A DNA stretch of 64,000 nucleotides from an uncultured Chitinophaga sp. (lineage in GTDB: Bacteria > Bacteroidota > Bacteroidia > Chitinophagales > Chitinophagaceae), in NCBI GenBank assembly GCA_964443345.1, contig CAYUCU010000003.1, positions 5,413 to 69,412 on the forward strand. Direction: 5' to 3'. The position numbers and the translations under genes were made by a program. Of this stretch, positions 9,486 to 20,087 are shown in pieces; positions within the stretch are counted from its first letter, which is position 1; each line of letters opens with the position of its first letter. The notes beneath the pieces are model-generated. The model was not told the origin of the DNA. It saw nothing but the letters and a program-made list of their open reading frames with translations, and did no database searches.

Positions 9486-9654
9486 AAGAAAATTAACAGC
9501 CTGCCAGTATGTTCAAATTTACTTAATAATTACCTACAAAAACCCTTTTTACCCCGGTTATTCCTTCGCAAAAAATACTATTTTAAGACAGGTCCCCGCC
9601 TTTCATCATAAGCGCTATCTCATCGCCGGGGTTTCATTAAATTGCATCCTCTTT

Positions 9655-11694
9655 ATGCCATTCAAACTTCAAGCACCCTTTCCTCCCGCCGGTGATCAGC
9701 CGGATGCCATCCGCCAATTGACGGAAGGGCTGGAGAATGATGAAAAATACCAGACACTGCTGGGGGTGACCGGTAGTGGCAAAACATTTACCATTGCCAA
9801 TGTGATTCAAAATGTACAGCGGCCTACATTAGTGCTCACACACAATAAAACACTGGTGGCCCAGCTGTATGGAGAATTCCGGCAGTTCTTCCCGGATAAT
9901 GCCGTGGAGTATTTTGTTTCGTATTATGATTACTATCAGCCGGAAGCATATATGCCCGTGAGTGATGTATATATTGAAAAAGACCTGAGCATTAATGATG
10001 AGCTGGATAAACTTCGCCTGAGGGCCACCTCCAGCTTACTAAGCGGGCGCCGTGATATTATCGTGGTGGCATCCGTGAGCTGCATTTACGGTATGGGTAA
10101 TCCTACCGACTATGAGAACGGTATCATCCGTATCACTAAAGGACAAACCATTTCCCGCCAGGCCTTTCTTCATTCACTGGTCAATTCTTTATACAACCGT
10201 ACAACTATTGAATTCAACCGGGGCAGCTTTCGGGTAAAAGGGGATACGGTGGACATCAACCTCCCGTATGTGGACTATGGCTACCGTATTACTTTTTTTG
10301 GTGATGAAATAGAAGAGATAGAAAGTATTGATGTGGTGAACAGCAAACGGATCGCAAAGATGGAAGATGCAGCCATTTTCCCGGCTAACCTTTATGTAGC
10401 TCCCAAAGACATCCTGCAACAGGTATTATATGAAATACAGGATGAAGTAGCTGCACAGGCGGACTATTTTAAACGGGAAGGAAAATACATTGAAGCACAG
10501 CGGCTGACAGAACGGGTGAACTATGATGTGGAAATGATACGGGAACTGGGCTATTGTAATGGCATTGAAAACTATTCCCGCTTTTTTGACAGAAGGCGGC
10601 CGGGCACACGGCCTTTCTGTTTACTGGATTATTTCCCCAAAGATTATTTAACGGTGATCGACGAAAGCCATCAAACTATTCCGCAGGTAAGTGGTATGTA
10701 TGGTGGTGACCGGAGCCGGAAATTGATCCTCGTTGATTATGGGTTTCGTTTGCCATCCGCACTGGACAACCGGCCGTTGAATTTTCATGAGTTTGAATCA
10801 ATGACCAATCAAACGATTTTCGTTTCTGCCACACCCGATGATTATGAGCTGGAAAAATGCGGGGGCATTGTGGTGGAACAGGTGGTACGGCCTACCGGTT
10901 TGTTAGACCCACCCATCGAGATCCGGCCCAGTGTGAACCAGATTGATGACCTGCTGGAAGAAATAGATAAAAGAATAACCAAAGGAGACAGGGTGCTGGT
11001 AACCACACTTACCAAACGTATGGCCGAAGAAATGGATAAATACCTGCACCGCATTAATATCAAATCCAAATACATTCACAGTGAGGTGGACACATTGGAA
11101 CGGGTGGAAATTCTTCGTGAGTTACGATTAGGAGTGATTGATGTATTAGTAGGAGTGAACCTGCTGCGGGAAGGATTGGACCTGCCGGAAGTATCCTTAG
11201 TTGCTATCCTCGATGCAGACAAAGAAGGCTTTTTGCGAAATGAAAAATCGCTGACACAAACAGCCGGCCGTGCTGCCCGAAATGCAGATGGCCTGGTTAT
11301 CTTTTATGCAGACAAGATGACTGAGAGCATGCAAAAGACCATAGATGAAACAACCCGGCGCCGGGAAAAACAGGTGGCCTGGAATATTAAATATGGCATT
11401 ACCCCAGCCACCATCATTAAATCCACCAAAGATGTATTTGCACAAACATCGGTATTGGATATAAAAGGCTTTGATGAAAAGAATCCATATGCCATTGCCA
11501 ACGAACAGGGCATTGTAACCCTGGCAGCAGAAGACCAGGAAGAATATAAAACCATTCCCCAGGTGGAAAAGGCCCTTTCTAAAATAAAAAAGGAGATGGA
11601 GAAAGCGGCAAGGGACCTCGACTTTATGGAAGCGGCAAGGCTGAGAGATGAGATGTTTATCCTGCAGAAACAGCTGGAGGAAATGAAGAAATAA
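9655..11694 (+). CDS. uvrB: Excinuclease ABC subunit B
   Basis: Start reset to MPFKLQAPF (ATG 9655). Walker A GVTGSGKT, YYDYYQPEAY beta-hairpin, DESH, C-terminal UVR domain (LDFMEAARLRD). Confidence 0.98.
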   Translation: MPFKLQAPFPPAGDQPDAIRQLTEGLENDEKYQTLLGVTGSGKTFTIANVIQNVQRPTLVLTHNKTLVAQLYGEFRQFFPDNAVEYFVSYYDYYQPEAYMPVSDVYIEKDLSINDELDKLRLRATSSLLSGRRDIIVVASVSCIYGMGNPTDYENGIIRITKGQTISRQAFLHSLVNSLYNRTTIEFNRGSFRVKGDTVDINLPYVDYGYRITFFGDEIEEIESIDVVNSKRIAKMEDAAIFPANLYVAPKDILQQVLYEIQDEVAAQADYFKREGKYIEAQRLTERVNYDVEMIRELGYCNGIENYSRFFDRRRPGTRPFCLLDYFPKDYLTVIDESHQTIPQVSGMYGGDRSRKLILVDYGFRLPSALDNRPLNFHEFESMTNQTIFVSATPDDYELEKCGGIVVEQVVRPTGLLDPPIEIRPSVNQIDDLLEEIDKRITKGDRVLVTTLTKRMAEEMDKYLHRINIKSKYIHSEVDTLERVEILRELRLGVIDVLVGVNLLREGLDLPEVSLVAILDADKEGFLRNEKSLTQTAGRAARNADGLVIFYADKMTESMQKTIDETTRRREKQVAWNIKYGITPATIIKSTKDVFAQTSVLDIKGFDEKNPYAIANEQGIVTLAAEDQEEYKTIPQVEKALSKIKKEMEKAARDLDFMEAARLRDEMFILQKQLEEMKK

Positions 11695-11860
11695 GTGCGG
11701 AATCCCTCTTTGTCGTAATTCTACGATTCCCGGTAAAGTATTTGTTCCTGACTTTTTCAAATAGACTCATCTGGCCTTGCAGGGCGGAACAGACGGTTAT
11801 ATCTTAGCTGTGAAAACCGAGAGTAATCCAATATTTGTAAAACCACAAAATCCAGTAAGT

Positions 11861-12109
11861 ATGAAAAGACGTGTCCGTAAAATCGCAAACTTCTTTGCGT
11901 TCAACCTGCTGTTCTTCGCTTTATACCTGAACTTTATTCACAAAGACAAAACAGCTATTATAATTCCATCTGCCCAGCAAACAACTGAAGCCTTTAGTGG
12001 TACGGTATTGGTGGATAATAATGGACAGGCCGACAAAAAAGAAGCAACTGTGGTAGCTACTCAGCCTGCTGCTGAAAAAAGCGCCCCATTAAGATTGTCT
12101 ATTAACTAA
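11861..12109 (+). CDS. Small membrane-anchored hypothetical protein
   Basis: ATG 11861, MKRRVRKIANFFAFNLLFFALYLNF (basic N-terminus plus one TM helix), followed by a terminator. Confidence 0.65.
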   Translation: MKRRVRKIANFFAFNLLFFALYLNFIHKDKTAIIIPSAQQTTEAFSGTVLVDNNGQADKKEATVVATQPAAEKSAPLRLSIN

Positions 12110-12137
12110 TTGAGCAAAGCAGCGTTAATAAAACAGC

Positions 12138-12178
12138 ACCCCGTTTTACCTTCAGGTGAAACGGGGTTTTCTGTGTTT
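12138..12178 (+). terminator. Rho-independent terminator
   Basis: ACCCCGTTTTACC-TTCA-GGTGAAACGGGGT followed by TTTCTGTGTTT. Confidence 0.8.
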
Positions 12179-12279
12179 ATAGATTGAACCGAAAATCCTT
12201 TTTTTCACCCTTTATCATTGAAAATCATTGCTTGCAAAAGCAACAATCGAAGTTCGGGCAGGCTTCTTACCTTAGAGGC

Positions 12280-15153
12280 ATGGAAAAAAAAGTCTTTCTT
12301 CTTGATGCCTTTGCCCTCGTTTTCAGGGCCTATTATGCCCTTATCCGCAGTCCCAGGATCACTTCTAAAGGGAAAAATACCAATGCCCAGTTTGGCTTTA
12401 CTAATGCCCTGGTGGAACTGATCACCAAACAAAAGCCCTCTCACATGGCGGTTTGTTTTGACACCTCGGCCCCTACGGAAAGACATACAGATTTTGCCGA
12501 CTATAAAGCCAACCGGCAGGAAACACCTGAAGACATCAGCGCCGCAGTTCCTGATATCAAAAAGATCATTGAGGCTTTTAATATTCCAGTGATCGCTATA
12601 GATGGTTATGAGGCGGATGATGTGATCGGTACGCTGAGTAAGCTGGGTGAAAAAGCCGGCTATGAAGTATACATGGTCACCCCGGATAAAGATTACGGTC
12701 AGCTGGTTTCAAAAAAAATTAAAATTTACAAACCTGCCTACCAGGGCAATGAGGTGGAAATAATGGGCCCGGAAGAAGTATGTGCCAAATGGAATATCAA
12801 AAATGTAAGCCAGGTAGTGGATATGCTGGGCATGATGGGTGATGCAGTGGACAATATTCCCGGCATACCGGGGGTGGGTGAAAAAACTGCTGCTAAGTTC
12901 CTGGCGGAATACGGATCATTGGAAAACACACTGGCCAATGCCGATAAGATAAAAGGCGCCATGGGAGAGAAAGTGAAGAAAGGTAAAGAAATGGCGATCC
13001 TTTCTAAAAAATTAGCTACCATCATCACCGATGTGCCGGTGGAATTTCATGAAGAAGATTTTAAACTGAAAGAATGGAATAAAGAAAAACTGAAAGAGAT
13101 TTTTGCTGAACTGGAATTCAGAACGCTTGGCAAACGGTTATTGGGTGAAGATTTTTCCGTAACCACTTCATCCAAAGGAGTAGTGGAAAAAGAGATCCCG
13201 CAGGGTGTGCAGACGGACCTGTTTGGTAATATCATAGAAAGTACGAAGTCAGAAGCCGGAAATCAGAAAGAAGACTCCGAAAGTTCAGCGTTTTCAGAGG
13301 GAAGCAAGGTCGATAAAAACATCAACAACACTCCTCACAAGTATGAAGCAATAGAAGGAGATGCCGCTATAAAAAAACTGGTAACTGAATTAAAGAAACA
13401 TACTGAAATCTGTTTTGATACCGAGACAACCGGTATTGATGCCAATGATGCCGAACTGGTAGGGTTAAGTTTTGCCGTAAAACCCGGTGAAGCCTGGTAT
13501 GTTCCGTGCCCGGCTGATCAGAAAAGGACCAAAGAAATTCTGGCACATTTTGACCCCCTGTTTTCCGATAAAAAGAAAACATGGATCGGACAAAATACCA
13601 AGTACGACCTGCTGGTACTGAAATGGTATGGTGTGGAGCTGGCTGGAAAATTATTTGATACCATGCTGGCGCACTATGTTATTGAACCCGACGGAAAAAG
13701 AAGCATGGATATATTAAGTGAACGGTTCCTTGGGTATGAACCTGTACATATTGAAGAACTGATAGGAAAAAAAGGAGCTCGGGGTGCCGGTGCTAAGGCA
13801 CAGGGAAGTATGAGAGACGTGGAAATAGAAAAAATAAAAGAATATGCCGGTGAAGATGCGGATATTACTTTACAGCTGAAAAATATATTTGCACCCCAGC
13901 TAAAAGAAAAAGAAGTAGAAAGGGTTTTTAATGAAGTGGAAACACCCCTGGTGAAAGTGCTGGTGGACATGGAGTTTGAAGGAATAAAGATTGATGTTGA
14001 TTTTTTAGCCGACTATTCCAAACAATTAGAGAAGGATGCAAAGAAAGCAGAAGAAAGTGTGTACAAACAAGCGGGTGTTCGATTCAACCTCGCCTCACCC
14101 AAGCAATTAGGAGAAGTATTGTTTGATAAATTAAAACTGGACCCTTCCGCCAAAAAAACAAAAACAGGGCAATATCAAACGGGCGAAGATGTGTTGCTGA
14201 AACTGGCAGTAAAAGGGCATCAGATAGTGGATGATATCCTGGCCTTCCGGGAGCTGACCAAATTAAAATCCACCTATGTTGATTCGCTGCCATTGCTTAT
14301 CAATAAAAAAACAGGACGGGTACATACCACCTACGGACAAGCAGTAGCCGTAACAGGCCGGCTGGCGAGTAATAATCCTAACCTGCAAAACATACCTGTA
14401 CGAACAGAAAGAGGTAAAGAGATCCGGAAAGCATTTATACCAAGAGACAATAAGCATATTTTACTATCTGCCGACTATTCCCAGATCGAATTAAGAATTG
14501 TGGCAGCCATCAGCGGCGATAAAAACATGTGCAAAGCCTTCCGGGATGGTACAGATATTCATACAGCTACTGCAGCAAGGGTATATAATATCTCCGAAAA
14601 AGATGTTACCAAAGAAATGCGCTATAAAGCCAAGAGTGTGAATTTTGGTATCATCTACGGGCAGGGTGCTTTTGGCCTGGCAGATAACCTGGGCATCAGC
14701 AGAACAGAAGCCAAAGAGATCATTGATAATTATAAAAAAGAGTTTCCCGGCATCCAGCAATATATGGATGGCACCATCAACTTTGCCAGGGAAAACGGCT
14801 ATGTGGAGACGCTGATGGGCAGAAAACGCTGGTTGCGGGATATCAACTCCGCCAACTTTACCGTTCGTGGTTTTGCTGAGCGAAACGCTATCAACTCACC
14901 CATACAGGGAACGGCTGCTGATATGATCAAACTGGCGATGGAGAAAGTACAGACCGCTATGAAAAAAGAAAAGATGCAAAGCAAAATGATACTGCAGGTA
15001 CATGATGAACTGGTGTTTGATGCAGTAAAAACAGAAGTGAAAGAACTAAAGCCATTGATATTGGAAAACATGCAGAAGGCCATGCTGCTTCCGCACAAAG
15101 TACCGGTAGTGGCAGAATGCGGCGAAGGTAAAAACTGGCTCGAAGCACACTAA
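12280..15153 (+). CDS. polA: DNA polymerase I
   Basis: Start reset to MEKKVFLLDA (ATG 12280). 5'-3' exonuclease (YEADD), 3'-5' exonuclease (FDTET), polymerase motifs A (ADYSQIELR), B (KSVNFGIIYG), C (QVHDEL). Confidence 0.98.
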   Translation: MEKKVFLLDAFALVFRAYYALIRSPRITSKGKNTNAQFGFTNALVELITKQKPSHMAVCFDTSAPTERHTDFADYKANRQETPEDISAAVPDIKKIIEAFNIPVIAIDGYEADDVIGTLSKLGEKAGYEVYMVTPDKDYGQLVSKKIKIYKPAYQGNEVEIMGPEEVCAKWNIKNVSQVVDMLGMMGDAVDNIPGIPGVGEKTAAKFLAEYGSLENTLANADKIKGAMGEKVKKGKEMAILSKKLATIITDVPVEFHEEDFKLKEWNKEKLKEIFAELEFRTLGKRLLGEDFSVTTSSKGVVEKEIPQGVQTDLFGNIIESTKSEAGNQKEDSESSAFSEGSKVDKNINNTPHKYEAIEGDAAIKKLVTELKKHTEICFDTETTGIDANDAELVGLSFAVKPGEAWYVPCPADQKRTKEILAHFDPLFSDKKKTWIGQNTKYDLLVLKWYGVELAGKLFDTMLAHYVIEPDGKRSMDILSERFLGYEPVHIEELIGKKGARGAGAKAQGSMRDVEIEKIKEYAGEDADITLQLKNIFAPQLKEKEVERVFNEVETPLVKVLVDMEFEGIKIDVDFLADYSKQLEKDAKKAEESVYKQAGVRFNLASPKQLGEVLFDKLKLDPSAKKTKTGQYQTGEDVLLKLAVKGHQIVDDILAFRELTKLKSTYVDSLPLLINKKTGRVHTTYGQAVAVTGRLASNNPNLQNIPVRTERGKEIRKAFIPRDNKHILLSADYSQIELRIVAAISGDKNMCKAFRDGTDIHTATAARVYNISEKDVTKEMRYKAKSVNFGIIYGQGAFGLADNLGISRTEAKEIIDNYKKEFPGIQQYMDGTINFARENGYVETLMGRKRWLRDINSANFTVRGFAERNAINSPIQGTAADMIKLAMEKVQTAMKKEKMQSKMILQVHDELVFDAVKTEVKELKPLILENMQKAMLLPHKVPVVAECGEGKNWLEAH

Positions 15154-15155
15154 CT

Positions 15156-15911
15156 ATGAATTGGAATTTTTATTTTGACGATGTGCTCCTGATCGGAAGC
15201 CGCTATTTGATCATAGCAAGCATTGCTTTTATTATATGGTATGTATTACTACGCCGGATGATGGCTTCCAAAAAAATCCAGGAACGATATCCTAAGTTTG
15301 GCGACTATGCCAGGGAGATCGGCTTCTCTATAACCACGGTCTTTATCATGTCTTTTATTCCAGCATTAGTTTTTGGTAGTCCGGAATTATCCGGTCATAC
15401 AAAATTTTACAGGGACATCAATCAGCACTCCCTGCTGTATTTTGTTCTGGCTTTTCCGCTGATGGCCCTTATGCACGACACTTATTTTTACTGGATGCAC
15501 CGGCTTATGCATCATCCGTCCGTATTTAAACTGGTACACCTCATTCACCACAAATCAACCAACCCAAGTCCCTTTGCAGCCTATGCCTTTCATCCGCTGG
15601 AAGCGATCGTTGAAGCCGGCATATTCCTGGTATTTGTTTTCACTATCCCGGTTCACCTGTTTCATTTGTTATTCTTCTTTTTGTTCATGATCGTTTACAA
15701 TGTGTATGGCCATCTTGGCTGGGAATTGTATCCCAAAGGTTTCAGCAGGCACTGGCTGGGCAAATGGATCAACACCTCCGTTAATCACAATCAGCATCAC
15801 CAGTATTTTAAAGGCAATTATGGATTGTACTTTTTGTTCTGGGACAGGATGATGGGCACCATCCGGAAAGATTACGAGGAAAGATTTGAAGAGGTGAAAA
15901 GCAAAAAATAA
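15156..15911 (+). CDS. Sterol desaturase / fatty acid hydroxylase family protein
   Basis: His boxes HDTYFYWMHRLMH, HLIHH, HNQHH with hydrophobic segments. Confidence 0.9.
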   Translation: MNWNFYFDDVLLIGSRYLIIASIAFIIWYVLLRRMMASKKIQERYPKFGDYAREIGFSITTVFIMSFIPALVFGSPELSGHTKFYRDINQHSLLYFVLAFPLMALMHDTYFYWMHRLMHHPSVFKLVHLIHHKSTNPSPFAAYAFHPLEAIVEAGIFLVFVFTIPVHLFHLLFFFLFMIVYNVYGHLGWELYPKGFSRHWLGKWINTSVNHNQHHQYFKGNYGLYFLFWDRMMGTIRKDYEERFEEVKSKK

Positions 15912-15999
15912 TTATTACCCGGCCTACCTGAATACTAAATCTCCGGTAGCACCCGCTATTATTTTTCCAAAGTCATAATCTTTTACAGGTACAAGGGAG

Positions 16000-16007
16000 T
16001 AAGTTTG
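16000..16007 (+). promoter_or_regulatory. Bacteroidota -7 promoter element
   Basis: TAAGTTTG (consensus TAnnTTTG) 7 nt upstream of the DsbA-family ATG. Confidence 0.6.
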
Positions 16008-16014
16008 CATCCTT

Positions 16015-16674
16015 ATGCAACCCGTTATTTATTATTGTTATGATGCTTACTGCGGCTGGTGCTATGGTTTCAGTCCTGTTATTAAAAAATTGGCGGAAAC
16101 ATACAAAGGCAAGATCACTTTTGAAGTATTATCCGGCGGCATGATACCGGCAGAAAATGCACAACCGATCGCTGCTACAGCCGGGTATATCAGCAGCGCT
16201 TACAAACGGGTGGAAGAGCTGACTGGAATACAATTCGGTCCCGATTATCTCTGGCATATTTTTAATCCCGGAGAAAGCGACTGGTTCCCTCATTCAGAAA
16301 AAGCGGCCATTGCTCTGTGCATCTTTAAGGAGTTGTACCCAGAACAACAGATATTTTTCGCTGCAGACCTTCAGTATTCATTACACTATGAAGGTAGAGA
16401 CCTCACTGATGATGAAGCCTACCGCCACCTGCTGGAAAAATACAGTATCAACCCGGCAGATTTTTATAAAAAATTATATGCGGAGGAATACAAAGACAAA
16501 GCCCGCCAGGAATTTGCGCTGTGCAAACAATTGCAGGTAACAGGCTTTCCGCAGGTGTTGATCCAGGTATCAGATAAAAAATTTTATTTACTTTCAAAAG
16601 GATATGCGGATTTTGAAACGGTAAACAGCAGGCTTGAATCTGTATTTACAGAATTGAAAACCACGACTTCCTGA
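16015..16674 (+). CDS. DsbA family protein (thioredoxin fold)
   Basis: YDAYCGWCYGF CxxC motif and cis-Pro loop VTGFP. Confidence 0.9.
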   Translation: MQPVIYYCYDAYCGWCYGFSPVIKKLAETYKGKITFEVLSGGMIPAENAQPIAATAGYISSAYKRVEELTGIQFGPDYLWHIFNPGESDWFPHSEKAAIALCIFKELYPEQQIFFAADLQYSLHYEGRDLTDDEAYRHLLEKYSINPADFYKKLYAEEYKDKARQEFALCKQLQVTGFPQVLIQVSDKKFYLLSKGYADFETVNSRLESVFTELKTTTS

Positions 16675-16690
16675 TATTAATAAGTATCAC

Positions 16691-17611
16691 ATGATCCTCA
16701 CCATTACATTGAACCCCTGTATTGATAAAAGTTCAAGGGTTGAAAAAATGAAACCCGAAAGTAAGTTGCGCTGTACAGAAGTGGTAAACGAACCCGGTGG
16801 CGGTGGCATCAATGTAAGCAAGGCGTTAAAGAAATTGGACACTCCGTCAGTAGCTTTATTTCCCGCCGGAGGGCACAATGGAAATATGTTGTGCTCCTTA
16901 CTAAAAGAGGAAGGCATATTATTCCATGCAGTTGACACCAAAACAGAAACAAGGGAAAACTGGATCGTACTGGAAACATCCACAAATGATCAATACCGGT
17001 TTACTTTTCCCGGAAGAGAAGTACAGGAAGAAACCATCAAAACATTGGTAGACCAGATCCGTTCATTTACCCCCGCCTATGTAGTGGCCAGCGGCAGTTT
17101 GCCTCCCGGATTACCTGATTATTTCTATGGGCTGATAGTAAAAAATGCAGCGGCAGTTGGTGCCAAATGTATAATAGATACCAGTGGTCCCGCATTACAA
17201 GCATTAAAAGGAAAACATGCTTACCTGATAAAACCTAATATTGGTGAGTTGTGTAAAATGCTTAATGTGGAATGGCTGGATAAAAAAGAAGTACCCGATG
17301 CTGCACAGCAGGCTATTGCTGACGGATTTGCAGAGATCATCGTTATTTCAATGGGAGCTGAAGGAGCCTGGCTGGTAAGCAGTGATCAACGGTACTTTGT
17401 GGCTGCTCCGGCGGTAGAGAAAAAAAGTACGGTTGGCGCCGGTGACAGTATGGTGGCTGGTATTACTTATTTCCTGCAAAAGAGTAAACCATTAAAGGAG
17501 GCTATTCGCTTTGGTGTGGCCTGCGGAAGCGCTGCTACGATGAATGATGGTACCCAGCTATTCAATATGGAAGATGCAGAAAGATTATTTAATGAGATCA
17601 ACCAGCAATAA
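16691..17611 (+). CDS. 1-phosphofructokinase family hexose kinase (PfkB)
   Basis: TITLNPCID, PGGGGINV, IKPNIGE, STVGAGDSMVAG PfkB signatures. Confidence 0.92.
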   Translation: MILTITLNPCIDKSSRVEKMKPESKLRCTEVVNEPGGGGINVSKALKKLDTPSVALFPAGGHNGNMLCSLLKEEGILFHAVDTKTETRENWIVLETSTNDQYRFTFPGREVQEETIKTLVDQIRSFTPAYVVASGSLPPGLPDYFYGLIVKNAAAVGAKCIIDTSGPALQALKGKHAYLIKPNIGELCKMLNVEWLDKKEVPDAAQQAIADGFAEIIVISMGAEGAWLVSSDQRYFVAAPAVEKKSTVGAGDSMVAGITYFLQKSKPLKEAIRFGVACGSAATMNDGTQLFNMEDAERLFNEINQQ

Positions 17612-17615
17612 GTAC

Positions 17616-17993
17616 ATGAAAGAAGATATAAAGAAAAGGGAAGATATTTTATTGCTGATGACGAAGTTTTATGAAAAACTATTGTCTGATGATTCTATCA
17701 GTTACCTGTTTACTGCAATTGCAAAGATCGATCTGCCACATCACCTGCCCGTGCTCGTAGATTTCTGGGATTCCATTTTATTTCAATCAGATACGTATCA
17801 AAAGAATGCGATGCAACCGCATTTGTTATTGCACCAGCGGTCGCCTTTACAAAAACATCATTTTGAAACCTGGCTTCGCTATTTTAAGGAAACGGTTGAC
17901 GAATTGTTTGAAGGCGAAAAGGCCTTTATTGCAAAAGAACGGGCCACCAGCATTGCCACAGTCATGCAGATAAAGGTCAGCCAGTTAGGTTAA
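17616..17993 (+). CDS. Group III truncated hemoglobin
   Basis: Start reset to MKEDIKKREDI (ATG 17616). HLPVLVDFW, AMQPH, HFETWLRYF pattern. Confidence 0.85.
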   Translation: MKEDIKKREDILLLMTKFYEKLLSDDSISYLFTAIAKIDLPHHLPVLVDFWDSILFQSDTYQKNAMQPHLLLHQRSPLQKHHFETWLRYFKETVDELFEGEKAFIAKERATSIATVMQIKVSQLG

Positions 17994-18088
17994 GCGGCGG
18001 CATTTCATCCCCCTATTTTCCGTTTTTGTCTTTTATTTTTTGCTTTCTCAAAAAGTACTTTGTACCTTATATGCCTAAAAAACTTTTT

Positions 18089-18748
18089 ATGAAAAAACGA
18101 TTACTTACTGTATGTGCGGCGGCGCTGTTATTTGCTGCCTGCAGCAATGAGAAAAAAACCGATGACAAAAAAACTACTGATGCTGTTAAAGAAACCAACA
18201 GCGAAAGCAAGATGGAGGCAAAAGCCTGGGTCCCTATTGATTCAGTTATGATGGACAAAGCATGGAAAGAAAACATGACTATCAGCGATCAGCACAAAAT
18301 GCTGGCAAAGTCAAACGGCACATGGACAGGTGAAGTAACTATGTGGATGGCTGATGGTGCCCCTCCTATGAAGTCGGCTTCCACCAGTGTTACCAAATCG
18401 GTCTATGGCGGTCTTTACCAGCAAACAAACCATAGCGGTGATATGATGGGAATGCCATTTGAAGGAACGAGCATTATGGGCTATGATAATTTGAAAAAAG
18501 AATTCTTTTCAACCTGGATTGATAATATGGGAAGCGGAATCATGGTTATGACCGGACAATGGGATGCTGCCAGTAAAAAAATGAATCTCTCCGGCAATAT
18601 GAGATGCATGAATGGTCAGGATGCTGGTATGCGTGAAGTTTTTACCATGGTTGATGACAATAACCAAATGCTGGAAATGTATGGTCCCGATCCGGCAACA
18701 GGAAAAGAGTACAAAAACATGGAAATAAAATACACCCGTAAAAAATAA
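18089..18748 (+). CDS. DUF1579-family lipoprotein
   Basis: Start MKKRLL (ATG 18089), lipobox FAAC. GTWTG, GYDN, STWIDNMGSG motifs. Confidence 0.8.
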   Translation: MKKRLLTVCAAALLFAACSNEKKTDDKKTTDAVKETNSESKMEAKAWVPIDSVMMDKAWKENMTISDQHKMLAKSNGTWTGEVTMWMADGAPPMKSASTSVTKSVYGGLYQQTNHSGDMMGMPFEGTSIMGYDNLKKEFFSTWIDNMGSGIMVMTGQWDAASKKMNLSGNMRCMNGQDAGMREVFTMVDDNNQMLEMYGPDPATGKEYKNMEIKYTRKK

Positions 18749-18763
18749 TTTTTATTCTCACTA

Positions 18764-18798
18764 ATTAAAAAGCCCCGGAAATTCCGGGGCTTTTTAAT
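18764..18798. terminator. Bidirectional terminator
   Basis: Perfect inverted repeat ATTAAAAAGCCCCGGAA-A-TTCCGGGGCTTTTTAAT between convergent genes. Confidence 0.88.
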
Positions 18799-18832
18799 AT
18801 TACAGATTGAAGTCAGTAAAATTCTCCTTCTG

Positions 18833-19402
18833 TCATCCTGCCTGCTCATACGCCTTCTTTATCCAGTTGATCAGGTCTTTGTTGATTGCTTTCTCCTCTT
18901 CCACCCTGATCCGGTGCGTACACATCGCATTCCACTTACTTCCTTCTTCTGCATTGCCCGATGGTGCAACGCCTTTAATATTTAATCCCACATCCAGCCG
19001 GTCTTTAGTAGATGGCTGAATAAGCGCAAACTGCTTTTTTCGTCTCAGGCTTACGTAGGCTTTCTTGGGGGCCAGTTCCACATCTTTCCCAAATTTGGTT
19101 ATCTCTGCCATTATTTTGTCGTACCAGGGTTTCAGGTTCTCTTTGCCCTTGTATTGTTCCGTTATCCAGTCAGTATCGTTTTCGGGAGCCCCTGCATGAC
19201 TTTGTTTGGCAAAATGCACGATCGTATTGGCATTGCCATGGGTGAAGCCATGTTTTTCTTTTAAGAAGCTGACCAATTCCCCGTGTTTAGTAAAGCCGCT
19301 CTTATTTACTACCGCTATCCAGTCGGCCAGTTTTTTGCCGGTATTTTTTTCAATATTGCTTATCTGTGTTTGGATGGCCTTGTCAATGTTGTCATTGCTC
19401 AT
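18833..19402 (-). CDS. DUF4287/DUF5655 domain protein
   Basis: NIEKNTGKKLADW...EKHGFTHGNAN (DUF4287-like) plus PKKAYVSLRRKKQFA (DUF5655-like). Confidence 0.8.
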   Translation of the reverse strand: MSNDNIDKAIQTQISNIEKNTGKKLADWIAVVNKSGFTKHGELVSFLKEKHGFTHGNANTIVHFAKQSHAGAPENDTDWITEQYKGKENLKPWYDKIMAEITKFGKDVELAPKKAYVSLRRKKQFALIQPSTKDRLDVGLNIKGVAPSGNAEEGSKWNAMCTHRIRVEEEKAINKDLINWIKKAYEQAG

Positions 19403-19622
19403 ATAAATGTGTTTAGGTAAACCAATTATACGAAATGATTTCTTTAAAAGAAAGCTTCAGAATATAAAGGAGGAATAATGGGGGATGAAATGGAACTTAA
19501 AGCAGACTAATCAGTGGAAAAAACATAATCTTACTTTCCATATCTACTATTCTTACACCTTCAATACTGCCAGAGAGCTGATAAATATCCTTCAACAGGC
19601 GTGAGTCAGTTCGGGCTTATAA

Positions 19623-20078
19623 TTACCGCTTGATATTCTTTTCATACACAGCGATCCATTCATCGGGAGTGACTTTTGAAGCCAGCTCACCAATAAGTTC
19701 ATAAGGGATATCTTCCGCTTTTTTATACCGGATACAGCTTTTTCCCATATCTAATCTTTTGGGTGAAGCTTTTGCATGTGCATCAGTAAACCATTTCAGT
19801 AATTTAGGATCTGCATAAATGCCCATATGATACACCGCTGTAAAATTCTTCTGTGAGGCTACACTCATAAATGGCAGCGGCATTTTAGGATCACAATGAT
19901 AACCGGCCGGGTACTTTGAGTGGGGAATAACATACCCTATCGCTCCATAATTCATTTGTTCTTTAAATCCCTTTGGCAGATTCTTCTTAATTACTTTTCG
20001 TAATTGAACAATTGCTTTTTTCCTGTCTTCCGGCAGCTCAGCAAGGTATTGTTCCGCCGTTATTGCTTTTGACTGCAT
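19623..20078 (-). CDS. DUF1801 domain protein
   Basis: YLAELPEDRKKAI, SQKNFTAVY, DMGKSCIR. Confidence 0.85.
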   Translation of the reverse strand: MQSKAITAEQYLAELPEDRKKAIVQLRKVIKKNLPKGFKEQMNYGAIGYVIPHSKYPAGYHCDPKMPLPFMSVASQKNFTAVYHMGIYADPKLLKWFTDAHAKASPKRLDMGKSCIRYKKAEDIPYELIGELASKVTPDEWIAVYEKNIKR

Positions 20079-20087
20079 CGCATTTTT

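Noticed and set aside
9486-9654. SOS/LexA box upstream of uvrB
   Set aside because: No clear palindrome matching a known LexA motif was found.
11197-11760. 187-aa antisense ORF, and similar shadow ORFs such as 30114-30662, 21163-21666 and 57458-57949
   Set aside because: They overlap well-supported genes on the other strand or in another frame, and have no recognisable motifs.
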